Origin: Thermoplasmata archaeon
GTDB taxonomy: Archaea > Thermoplasmatota > Thermoplasmata > Lutacidiplasmatales > UBA184
Length of the DNA: 64,000 nucleotides
Direction: 5' to 3'
Assembly (NCBI GenBank): GCA_022750115.1
Contig: JAKIWI010000003.1
Location: forward strand, 175,948-239,947
In this document: piece after piece, positions 55,939-64,000 of the stretch
Layout of the letters: each line of letters opens with the position of its first letter
How positions within the stretch are numbered: the stretch's first letter is position 1
Position numbers and translations under genes: made by a program
Notes under the pieces: model-generated
Told to the model about the DNA's origin: nothing
What the model saw: only the letters and a program-made list of their open reading frames with translations
The model's database searches: none

Positions 55939-57579
55939 TCAGACCGCGAGGAGCAACTGCTCCAGGAGGCCGACTGGCGGGGCGCCGGTGGAGAGGAGCC
56001 GGTCGTGGAACGCCCGCTGGGAGCCGTGGAAGGTGGAGGCGAGCAGCCGGCGGCGCGCGTCGAGGATCCGCAACTTCCCGAGGGTGTAGCAGTAGTACTC
56101 CGGGTTGAATGTGCCGCGGATCGCCTCGCGTTCGGCGGGCAGGCGCTCGAAGTGCGCCCGGTCGATGAACAGCTGCGTCGCCTCCTCCACCGACATCCCG
56201 CCCGTGTGGAGCCCGATCGATGCGAGGAGCCGGCAGTCGCGCAGCAACGCGTCGTGGAGCTGGGCCGCCTCCGCCTGCCAGCCGCCGGCGTCGAGGCCGG
56301 CCTCGATCGCGAGCTGCTCGCAGTAGTGCGCCCACCCTTCCGTGAACGACGGGGAGAGGTACACCTTCCGAGCGAGGGAGCCCGTCGAGTGCCGGAAGTG
56401 CAGGAACTGGAGGTAGTGGCCCGGGAACACCTCGTGGATGGTGATGTTCTTCAGCATCGGCCGGTTCAGCGAGCGCAGCCACTCCTCCTGGCGCGCGGGG
56501 GTCCAGGCGGCGTCGACCGGAGTCACGTAGTAGATCCCCTCCTCCCCGCCCACATCGAACGGGCCGGGCGGGTTCATGCTCGCGGTGGAGAGCGCGCGAC
56601 CGTACGACGGCGTCTCCTCGACCCGGCAGATCGCAGGTTCGGGGATCGTGACGAGGTCGTGGGAGCGGACGAACTCCTTCGCCTCCGCGACGAACGCCTG
56701 CGCCGTCGGGATGAGCTCGGCCGCGCTCGAATGGTCGAGGAACAGCGTCTCGAACCGCGCATGGACGTTCGCGGCGCCCCCCGAGATCTCCTCGAGGCGC
56801 GCCTGGTTGCGCAGCCGGTCGGCCTCTCCCTCCCGCCGGATCTCCTCGAACGGCGTGCGAATGCCCTCGCGCACCCACAGGAGCCGCTGGTAGCGCTCCG
56901 GGCCTAGCGCGAAGTCGTCCGTCGCCTTCGGGAGCCACTCGTTCCGGATCCGGTCGAGGAAGTCGGTGACGGCCGCCTCCGCTGGCTCGCGGGCCCGCTT
57001 CACAGCGTCGCCGAGGGCCGGAGAGGACGAACGCGCGAAGGCCTCGGCCTCCGCGAAATGGGTCGGTAGCCCGCCGCCGATGGCGAGCGAGAGCGTCAGG
57101 AACGGCTTCGGGAGCGCGACCTCGAGCCGTCGACGGCCGTCGTCGAGGAGCCGCGGGGCGGCCTCGAGGGTGCGGACGATCGCGCCGACCCGGTCGGCGA
57201 CCGGCGCATAGGCCCGGACCATGTACGAGGTGAGCGAGATGCCGCCGACGTAGACCATCGGGTTCCGGTCGAGGTCGCGGCTCTCGAGGATGTCGAACCG
57301 GGGCGACTCGAGCAGGAGCTCGAGCAGCATTCGGTCGATCGCACGGGCCTCGGACAGCTCGGTCGCCGGCGTGCCGCGGAGTCGGGCGAGGAGGCGGTCG
57401 ACGCCCTCGACCCATCGGTCGGTCGCGGTCCGCGAGAGCTCCGGGACGCGCCCGTCGTAGTCGTGGAGGCCGAGGAAGACGGCGTAGCCGGGCTGGAGGG
57501 TGAAGAAGTGATCGACGACGTCGCGCTCGAGCCGGTCGAACTCCGTCGACGTCCCGCCCGCCCCCTGGTGCTCGGCCAT
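55939..57579 (-). CDS. DUF885 family protein (metallopeptidase-like)
   Basis: LG.H.YD, HEVFPGHYLQ, FTEGWAHYCE, Y.LGK..I...R, FHD.LL..G..P. Confidence 0.92.
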   Translation of the reverse strand: MAEHQGAGGTSTEFDRLERDVVDHFFTLQPGYAVFLGLHDYDGRVPELSRTATDRWVEGVDRLLARLRGTPATELSEARAIDRMLLELLLESPRFDILESRDLDRNPMVYVGGISLTSYMVRAYAPVADRVGAIVRTLEAAPRLLDDGRRRLEVALPKPFLTLSLAIGGGLPTHFAEAEAFARSSSPALGDAVKRAREPAEAAVTDFLDRIRNEWLPKATDDFALGPERYQRLLWVREGIRTPFEEIRREGEADRLRNQARLEEISGGAANVHARFETLFLDHSSAAELIPTAQAFVAEAKEFVRSHDLVTIPEPAICRVEETPSYGRALSTASMNPPGPFDVGGEEGIYYVTPVDAAWTPARQEEWLRSLNRPMLKNITIHEVFPGHYLQFLHFRHSTGSLARKVYLSPSFTEGWAHYCEQLAIEAGLDAGGWQAEAAQLHDALLRDCRLLASIGLHTGGMSVEEATQLFIDRAHFERLPAEREAIRGTFNPEYYCYTLGKLRILDARRRLLASTFHGSQRAFHDRLLSTGAPPVGLLEQLLLAV

Positions 57580-57666
57580 GCTGAGGGGAGAACGGAAGGG
57601 GCACTCCATATCAGTCCGAGCCCCGCGGTGTCCGATTGGACACCGAATCGACGCCGGCTGGGGTCC

Positions 57667-58140
57667 CTAGTCGTTCCAGGTCATCCGACACGTCGGGCAG
57701 AACGACCCGCTCATCTCGGAGCCACAGAGGAAGCATCGCGTGGACCCGGCCAGAGGACGATGGGACGAGCCGCCCGCGGCCACATCGGCCTCGGGAAGTC
57801 GGGGCGGGGGCCCGATGGAGAGAGGTAGTTCAAGCGAGGGGCCGTCGAATGCGGGAGTCAGGGCGGGAGTCTCGGCCGAGGCCTGGGACTCCGCTCCTTC
57901 CGGGGACGACATCTCCTGGGCCGTCGAGGGTGACGTGGGTCCGAACTCCGACTCGGCATCGTCGGTCTCGGCCGGTTCCGGCTCACCGACGATGTCCGGG
58001 TCCCCATCGACTTCGGGCGCGCGGTGGGGGTAGATGTCGGGATCTCCGGAAGCCTCCTCGCCAACGGGTTCGCCCGCCCCGGCCTCCTCGCCCTCCTCCT
58101 TCGGCTTCCGGAGACGTAGCCGTCGGAACAGGCCGGCCAT
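57667..58140 (-). CDS. Hypothetical acidic disordered protein with C-terminal zinc ribbon
   Basis: MAGLFRRLRLRK N-terminus, E/D/P-rich middle, CFLC-x8-CPTC. Confidence 0.75.
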   Translation of the reverse strand: MAGLFRRLRLRKPKEEGEEAGAGEPVGEEASGDPDIYPHRAPEVDGDPDIVGEPEPAETDDAESEFGPTSPSTAQEMSSPEGAESQASAETPALTPAFDGPSLELPLSIGPPPRLPEADVAAGGSSHRPLAGSTRCFLCGSEMSGSFCPTCRMTWND

Positions 58141-58237
58141 CGGCCGCGGAATGTCCCTCGGAGTTTAGCGGCTTCGTTCGAGCTGCGCCTTCCATAGGAC
58201 AGCAGGCTTTTCTCGGCGCTCCGGGTCGCGCGCCTCG

Positions 58238-58702
58238 ATGCCGACCGGTCCGAGCGAGAAGTTGCGCGAGCTCGGGATCGCTCTTCCCCCACCGCCGAAA
58301 CCCGTCGGAGCCTACCGTCCGGTCGCCGTCGACGGAGACCACGCTTGGGTCTCCGGACAGATCCCGGTGGTCGACGGTCAGCCGCTCCACCCCGGCGTGG
58401 TCGGCCGCGACGTCACGGTCGATCAGGCGAAGGCGGGCGCGGAGCGCGCCGCCCTCCAGGCCCTGAGCGCCCTCCAGCACGAGCTCGGGGATCTCGACCG
58501 GGTCCGCCGGATCGTCCGCGTCGGAGTCTACGTGGCCTCGGCCCCCGATTTTGTCCGCCATGCCGACGTCGGGAACGGCGCGACAGAGCTCCTGGTCCGG
58601 GTGTTCGGCGACGACGGGCGGCCGGCCCGGGTCTCGATGGGGCTCGCCTCGCTCCCGCTCGGCGCCTGCGTCGAGGTCGAACTCCTCGCCCGAATTGCGT
58701 GA
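58238..58702 (+). CDS. RidA/YjgF family protein
   Basis: LGI.LP..P.PVG.Y, VSGQ.P, NGA.ELL..VFG..G..AR...G..SLP...VEVE. Confidence 0.93.
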   Translation: MPTGPSEKLRELGIALPPPPKPVGAYRPVAVDGDHAWVSGQIPVVDGQPLHPGVVGRDVTVDQAKAGAERAALQALSALQHELGDLDRVRRIVRVGVYVASAPDFVRHADVGNGATELLVRVFGDDGRPARVSMGLASLPLGACVEVELLARIA

Positions 58703-58712
58703 GGGTCGAGCG

Positions 58713-59363
58713 GTGGACGCGACGGAGTGGCCGGGCGTCTACCGCATCGGCCGCGACCTCTACACGCGGAACGCCGTCCCCGGCGAGTCCGTGTACGGCG
58801 AAGACCTCCGCTCCGAATCCGGCACCGAGTACCGTCGGTGGGATCCGTGGCGCTCGAAGCTCGCGGCGTACCTCGCGAACGGCGCCCCGGCGCCGCTCTG
58901 GCCCGGCGTTCGGACGGTCCTCTACCTCGGCGCGGCGCATGGGACGACGGTGAGCCACCTTTCCGATGCGCTCCCGGACGCGATGGTGTTCGCCGTCGAG
59001 AAGAGCCCGCCCGTGTTCGCTCCACTGCTGGCGCTCGCCCGACGCCGCCGCAACATCGTGCCGATCCTCGCCGATGCGCAGCTTCCCGAGCGCTACGCCG
59101 CGGACGTGGGACCGGTCGACCTCCTCGTCCAGGACGTCGCGCAACGCGACCAGAGCCGCATCTACCGGGAGAACGCTGCGGCGTGCCGGGCCAAGCGCGG
59201 AATCCTGATGTTGAAGATCCGGTCCGTCACCCAGCGGCTCCCTCCGAACCGGGTCGTCCGGCAGTCGCGCCACGAGCTCGATGCGGCGGGGCTCAAGGTC
59301 GGCGAGGGAGTCGACCTGGGACCGTTCTCGCGCGAGCACGTCGCCCTGTCGACCGGCGTCTAG
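58713..59363 (+). CDS. flpA: Fibrillarin-like rRNA/tRNA 2'-O-methyltransferase
   Basis: T.N..PG.SVYGE, YR.WDP.RSKLAA, VLYLGAA.GTTVSH.SD, NIVPILADA, QDVAQ. Confidence 0.95.
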   Translation: MDATEWPGVYRIGRDLYTRNAVPGESVYGEDLRSESGTEYRRWDPWRSKLAAYLANGAPAPLWPGVRTVLYLGAAHGTTVSHLSDALPDAMVFAVEKSPPVFAPLLALARRRRNIVPILADAQLPERYAADVGPVDLLVQDVAQRDQSRIYRENAAACRAKRGILMLKIRSVTQRLPPNRVVRQSRHELDAAGLKVGEGVDLGPFSREHVALSTGV

Positions 59364-59426
59364 CCATCGTTCATCGTTCGGCCGGAGGTTCCGGTCAAAG
59401 TAGTTCCTTCCCCGCTCGGTTCGACG

Positions 59427-61217
59427 GTGGTTGCTGTGCGAACGCTCTCGTCGCGCACCGTGGACGTCTCTGTCGCCGCAATGGTCGTCGCGCTCCTGAC
59501 CCTCTCCGGGGGTCTCGGGATCGATCCCTCGTCCTCGGGTCTCCCGACCCATCGCGGGAGCTCGGCGCCGAACTCCCCGGTCGACCTTCCTCCTCCGCAT
59601 TCTCCGCAAGCTCCACCGACCAGCTCGGCGGGGATCGCTCTACCGACCGCTCGATCAACGTCCGCTCGCGCCCTGCCGATGTCGCGCGACCTCGCGGCGA
59701 GCGGCCAGTCGAGTGACGGGTTGACCGTCGCCATCGTCCGGCCACCGGTCGACATCGACGTTCGGGCGAACGTCACGCTCACCGGAGTCGCGCTCGGCGG
59801 CGTGGGGCCGTACGACGCGTTCTGGAGCATGGCGACGGGCGAGGTCAGCCCGGGCTGGTCGATCGGATGGACCGCGCCCGACCAGCCCACCCGGGTGTTC
59901 GCCCTGTTCGAGGTTCGCGATCACCAAGGCTCCGTGGCGGAGGTCCAAGCACCGATCTCCGTGGTGGCGACCCCGTTCCTGGAGCTGTCCGGGCTCGGCG
60001 CGGTCGGGGACGTCGGAGTCCCGTTCCTCTTCTCGGTGAACGTCACCGGAGGGGTCGGTCCGTTCGATGTGACGTGCTCCGTCGTCGATGGAGCGTCGAA
60101 CGAGACCACCGCCGCTCCCTCCGACGGCCGGTTCACGGCCGCCGTGGTACCCGACACACCGGGACCGGTGTGGGTCGTCGGAACGGTCACCGACGCCGAC
60201 GGTCGCAGCTTCTCGGCCGTGACGCCGATCGGCCGCGCGACGCCCCCTCCGGTGCTGTCGATGGCGAATGTCCCGTTCGCGGAGGTCGGTTACGTTACGT
60301 CCCTCCCACTCGCGGTCGCCGAAGGGACCCCCCCGTTCGCGTGGTCAGTCACGGTCGCCCCGGGGGTCTCGGCGGTCACGCCCGCGACCGGGACCCTCGC
60401 CTCCGACGGCGCGATCCCGCTCTCCGCGACGTTCGATGAGGTCGGGCTCTTCTCGATCCCAGTCGCCCTCGTGGATGCGTCCGGCGTGTCGGTCGCGACG
60501 AACCTGACCGTGAACGTCTCGGCCGGCCTCAACCTCACGATCGCTCCCGGCGCGAGCCCCTCGGTCGTCGGGTCGCCCCTCCCGCTCCGGGCCACGATCT
60601 CCGGTGGTCTTCCTCCCTACGAGTACCGGATCGCCCTGTCGGACAACGAGCTCTCCGAAGGGAACATCTCGCAGGTCGGTCCGATCGATTGGACGGCGAC
60701 GCCGGTCGTCGCGGGCTACCTCACCGTGCATGCCTCGGTCCGGGACAGCACCGGTCGGGTCGCGAACGTCACCTTCACCGTTTACGTCGCTCCGGCCGGC
60801 GCGGTCCTCTCCGGTGTCGCTCCCGGATCGGCGACGGGGACGCTCGCCGCGCTCGCGGCCGCCGGAGGCTCCGTCGCCGCACTCGTTGGCGCCTTCCTGT
60901 TCCGCCGCTGGTGGCACCGCCGGTCGCCCAACTTGCCCAAACCCTCGCCGGATGGGCCGGGCCATACCGTCGTTCGGGAGCTCCTCGCGGAGGCCGAGGA
61001 CGGGCTCGACCGCTCCACGCTCGAGCTCCTCGCCGAGGAGCGCCACATCTCCGCTGCGGAGCTCACCGCCGGGATCGCCGCCTGGCAGCGCGCCGGCCGC
61101 GTCCGGGTCGACGACGACGGGGACGGGCGCCAGGTCGTCCGGTGGGTGCCGCCAACGGCCTCCGACCCGGACCTGGGCTCGGCCCCCGCCGGGAAGGCGG
61201 ACGAGGAGGCGCTGTGA
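59427..61217 (+). CDS. Extracellular PKD/Ig-repeat protein with TM helix and cytoplasmic C-terminal winged-helix-like domain
   Basis: GG..P(Y/F) PKD-like repeats (about 4), TM followed by RRWWHRR, then three helices and a beta hairpin; GTGA overlap with the next gene. Confidence 0.75.
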   Translation: MVAVRTLSSRTVDVSVAAMVVALLTLSGGLGIDPSSSGLPTHRGSSAPNSPVDLPPPHSPQAPPTSSAGIALPTARSTSARALPMSRDLAASGQSSDGLTVAIVRPPVDIDVRANVTLTGVALGGVGPYDAFWSMATGEVSPGWSIGWTAPDQPTRVFALFEVRDHQGSVAEVQAPISVVATPFLELSGLGAVGDVGVPFLFSVNVTGGVGPFDVTCSVVDGASNETTAAPSDGRFTAAVVPDTPGPVWVVGTVTDADGRSFSAVTPIGRATPPPVLSMANVPFAEVGYVTSLPLAVAEGTPPFAWSVTVAPGVSAVTPATGTLASDGAIPLSATFDEVGLFSIPVALVDASGVSVATNLTVNVSAGLNLTIAPGASPSVVGSPLPLRATISGGLPPYEYRIALSDNELSEGNISQVGPIDWTATPVVAGYLTVHASVRDSTGRVANVTFTVYVAPAGAVLSGVAPGSATGTLAALAAAGGSVAALVGAFLFRRWWHRRSPNLPKPSPDGPGHTVVRELLAEAEDGLDRSTLELLAEERHISAAELTAGIAAWQRAGRVRVDDDGDGRQVVRWVPPTASDPDLGSAPAGKADEEAL

Positions 61218-61591
61218 GCGCCTTCGGCGGATCGGTCGGCCTGCTGCTCGTCAGCGTCGTTCTGTTGGCCGGATTCGCCCCGCTGGGCGGGACCGGCGCC
61301 CCACGGTCGGCGCCCCCGAACGAGCTCCGCTCCGCCGTGTCGAACGGTTCGGCGGTCGGCAACTTCTCCGCGGTCGTCGCCCGCATCGTCGTCCTGCTCG
61401 GCGCCGCGGGCGGCGGCCTGCTCGCGATCGTCTGGGCACGCGTGGCGCTGTCGTGGTTCTCGAACGATGTGACGAAGAAGATCCAGGCGAAGGACCGCGC
61501 CCGCGACGCGCTCGTCGGGACCCTCCTGTTCTCGGCGGCGCTCTCCGGGCTCATCTGGGGGCTCGCCCGCTGGGTGCTGACCGGCAGCTAG
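61214..61591 (+). CDS. VirB2/TrbC-like pilin
   Basis: 125 aa: signal-like N-terminus, hydrophobic helix, basic loop SND.TKK.QAK.R..DALVG, second hydrophobic helix; GAGGAGG RBS. Confidence 0.75.
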   Translation: MSAFGGSVGLLLVSVVLLAGFAPLGGTGAPRSAPPNELRSAVSNGSAVGNFSAVVARIVVLLGAAGGGLLAIVWARVALSWFSNDVTKKIQAKDRARDALVGTLLFSAALSGLIWGLARWVLTGS

Positions 61592-61603
61592 CGGGGGTCG
61601 AGC

Positions 61604-62740
61604 ATGACCTCCGTCTCGGACGCCGTCAACGCGGTCCTGTTCGCGCTGTTCGCCGCGCTGACGGCGGCGCTGTGGGCCGTGACGCTCCCGACCTACAACG
61701 ACCTCCTGGTTCCGGAGATGCAGCCGTCGTCCCTCTACCCTCCGCTGCTCGGCGGCGGGGCGGGGGGGAGCTCGTTCCTCGCCCTCGCGGCGCCGTTCTC
61801 CGCGTACCTCGTCGCGAACGTCGTCGACCCGTCGGTCGCGCTCGTCGTGCTCGCCCTCGGGGCGGTCTACCTCGCGCGGGCGGTGACGACGACGACCCGC
61901 GCGCGCCTCGAGGGACTCCTCCCGCGCCTCGTCGTCGCGGTCGTGCTCGCGAACGTCGTGGTGCCCGTCGCCGCGGCGATCCTCGACGTCGCGGGAGCGA
62001 TGTACCCCGTCGTCGCGAACTTCGACGGCGGTGCCTGGGAGTCGTGGGGCAACCTCGCCGGTACGGGCGGGCTGCGGTTTTCCTGGGACAACGGGCTCCT
62101 CGCCTTCGTCGTCTCGTTCGCGTTGTTCTCGCTCGTGCTGCTCCTCGCCTTCGCCGTCGCGGCGCGCGATGCGCTGCTCGCCGTGCTGATCGTCCTCCTC
62201 CCGCTGTTCACCCTCCTCGGCCCGATCCCCCCGCTCGCGCCGCTCGCCCGGCGGTCGTGGATCCTGTTCGGCGAGCTCGCCTTCGTGCCGATCGTCGTCG
62301 TCGTCCCGCTCGAGCTCGCCGTCGGCGCGCCGTCGATCCTGTTGCTCGTCGCCTACCTCGGCGTCGCCGTCGGAGCGCCGTCGCTCCTCAGCGTCGCCGG
62401 CACCCAACTCGGCCGGCTCGGGTTCCCGTCCGGCGGCTCCGCCCTCACGGGGGGCGTCGAGCGGGGGCTGGGAGCGGCGTCGGTCGGAGTGACCTCGCTC
62501 GCGCGACCGTTCGGCTCCGTCGTGCGCTCCTCGCCCCGCGGGAAGGTCGCGGTCGACGCGGGCCGCGCCCTCGCGCGCGTCCCGATCCCGTACGCCGCCC
62601 CGCTGCTCGCCGCCGAAGGGCTGGGACGCGGCGCGGAAGCGCTGTTCCGGCACATCTCCGACGCGCGCCTCTCGCTCGCGTCCCACCGGTTCGGCGGGGT
62701 TGACGCCGGCCATCCCGAACACCTGTCGGACCACCGGTGA
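61604..62740 (+). CDS. VirB6/TrbL-like polytopic membrane channel
   Basis: LPRLVVAVVLAN and R.ALL.VL.VL.PL..L...IP....AR..W..F..L.F.P pattern; about 8 TM; G/A-rich C-terminal tail. Confidence 0.75.
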   Translation: MTSVSDAVNAVLFALFAALTAALWAVTLPTYNDLLVPEMQPSSLYPPLLGGGAGGSSFLALAAPFSAYLVANVVDPSVALVVLALGAVYLARAVTTTTRARLEGLLPRLVVAVVLANVVVPVAAAILDVAGAMYPVVANFDGGAWESWGNLAGTGGLRFSWDNGLLAFVVSFALFSLVLLLAFAVAARDALLAVLIVLLPLFTLLGPIPPLAPLARRSWILFGELAFVPIVVVVPLELAVGAPSILLLVAYLGVAVGAPSLLSVAGTQLGRLGFPSGGSALTGGVERGLGAASVGVTSLARPFGSVVRSSPRGKVAVDAGRALARVPIPYAAPLLAAEGLGRGAEALFRHISDARLSLASHRFGGVDAGHPEHLSDHR

Positions 62741-62744
62741 GATC

Positions 62745-63512
62745 GTGGCCGACGGAGTCTCCCCGAGCGTTTCGATCCCGCTCCCCCGGCCGGTCGACCG
62801 ACGTCTCCACCTCGGGCCGTTCCCCTCGGCGCGCGACGCGCTAAAGTTCGCCGGCTACGCCTGCGCCGGCCTGGTCGCCGTCCCCTTGGCGGGCCCCGCG
62901 GCCGTCGTCCCGTTCGCCGGGCTCGGGTTCCTCCTGGCGGTCTACCGGCGGGACGGGCGCGCGCTCGACGACCGGGTCGCCGGCTACCTCGCCTGGCGAT
63001 GGCGGCGCCGGTTGCGCCACCGACCCTCGGGGGACGCCGGGTCGACCTCGGCCGGCGCCACCGCTCTCGTCGGCGGCGGCCGGGTCGCGGCCGTCGTGCG
63101 GGCGGGGGGAGTGCCGGTCGCGTTCCTCCCGCCGGACGACGCCCGGTCGTTGTTCGAGGGGACCCGTCGGTGGCTCGATGCGCTCGACGGAGGGGTCTAC
63201 CTCGTCGCCGACGCGACGCCGTTCCGGGCGGCGCCGTTCCGGCCGAAGGCGGCGGCGGGACCCGCCGACCGCGCGGCGCGCGACGGCTACGACGAGGTCG
63301 TCCGACTCCTCCTGCGTCGCCGCCGGGCGCGACGGGTCGCGGTCGTGCTCTGGGAGCCGGCCGACCCCGCCGGCGTCGCGCGACTGGAGGGGCGGGTCCA
63401 GGCGACCAGCGAGGCGCTGCGGGGGCTCGGACTAGCGACCGAGCGGCTTCGGGGCGCGGAACTCCGGTCGGACCTGGCGCGACTTGCGCTCTCGGGGGGG
63501 AACGGACGGTGA
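62745..63512 (+). CDS. PrgI/VirB3-like protein with C-terminal soluble domain
   Basis: PRPVDRRL.LGPF.S.R, TM hairpin, DGR.LD......L.W..RR. Confidence 0.7.
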   Translation: MADGVSPSVSIPLPRPVDRRLHLGPFPSARDALKFAGYACAGLVAVPLAGPAAVVPFAGLGFLLAVYRRDGRALDDRVAGYLAWRWRRRLRHRPSGDAGSTSAGATALVGGGRVAAVVRAGGVPVAFLPPDDARSLFEGTRRWLDALDGGVYLVADATPFRAAPFRPKAAAGPADRAARDGYDEVVRLLLRRRRARRVAVVLWEPADPAGVARLEGRVQATSEALRGLGLATERLRGAELRSDLARLALSGGNGR

Positions 63513-63859
63513 AGTGGATCGCGGCGTTGCATCTCCCCACCGGCATCGATGCCGTCGCCACGGCCGGCCTGTTCGGCGCGGTCGCCGGCGCGGCCTCGGT
63601 CGTCGAACCGTACTGGACGGGCCTCTCGGAGGCCCTCGCCACGGTCGCGGCCGTCGGATGGGTCGCCCGGGCCCGGACGGAGGCCGGCGTCCGGCGTCGG
63701 ACGTGGGTTCCGCCCGCGATCGCCGGCGTCGCGGTCGCCTTCGCCCTCGTCGCCCCCTCCCCGTGGAACGTCGGGCGCGGCCTCGGATTCGGCGGGGCGG
63801 CGGCTGTACTCGCCTGGGGCGCGCGGCGGGGCGTCCGGTTCGGGGAGGACGGAGCATGA
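63509..63859 (+). CDS. Small membrane protein of the T4SS-like operon
   Basis: 116 aa, about 4 hydrophobic segments; GTGA and ATGA overlaps on both sides. Confidence 0.7.
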   Translation: MKWIAALHLPTGIDAVATAGLFGAVAGAASVVEPYWTGLSEALATVAAVGWVARARTEAGVRRRTWVPPAIAGVAVAFALVAPSPWNVGRGLGFGGAAAVLAWGARRGVRFGEDGA

Positions 63860-64000
63860 GGGACCCACCGACCCACGAGTCTCCGAGCTTCGTCGTCCGC
63901 CGCGGACGACTCGACGGACCCGTGCTCGTCCGCGTTCTCCCGAAGGAGGTGCCGTTCGGCTTCCTCTCCCGCCTCCTCCCGACGAGCAGGTCGTTCGAGG
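63856..64000 (+). CDS. 5' end of the next operon gene, possibly a VirB4-like ATPase (truncated by the window)
   Basis: ATG overlaps the upstream TGA, GGAGG RBS, frame open to the window end (MRDPPTHES...LPKEVPFGFLSRLL); identity inferred from gene order only. Confidence 0.4.
   Translation, partial: MRDPPTHESPSFVVRRGRLDGPVLVRVLPKEVPFGFLSRLLPTSRSFE

Overview
High-GC (about 70% by eye) archaeal chromosome segment, most consistent with a Thermoplasmata lineage. Evidence: eS1/S3Ae, fibrillarin, tRNAs with bulge-helix-bulge (BHB) introns at 37/38, TATA boxes about 25-30 nt upstream of apparently leaderless starts, and thermopsin-like surface repeats. Housekeeping content includes an M1 aminopeptidase, an MVD-family decarboxylase, rpiA, pyrH, adk, rps3ae, flpA, arginine deiminase, a full pst/phoU operon and three tRNAs (Tyr-GTA with intron, Gly-CCC, Met-CAT with intron). 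It also has a type IV pilus locus with two ATPases, an orphan m4C methyltransferase, an AAA+/VWA pair and large kelch-propeller surface proteins. The most notable candidates are: (1) a chromosomal T4SS-like operon right after fibrillarin (PKD-TM-wHTH protein, VirB2-like pilin, VirB6-like, PrgI/VirB3-like, small membrane protein, probable VirB4 running off the window), with no mobility genes in view; (2) a processive GT2 synthase next to a membrane-anchored clan-A glycoside hydrolase, a putative archaeal exopolysaccharide system; (3) a minimal BoxB/PaaA-like di-iron epoxidase with a crotonase; (4) a VWA gene with about 80 coding-like codons upstream of any canonical start; (5) a membrane protein with FYVE-like cysteine spacing; and (6) a 20-bp-periodic direct repeat upstream of the phosphate operon. 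All family calls come from motif recognition by eye; no database searches were run.
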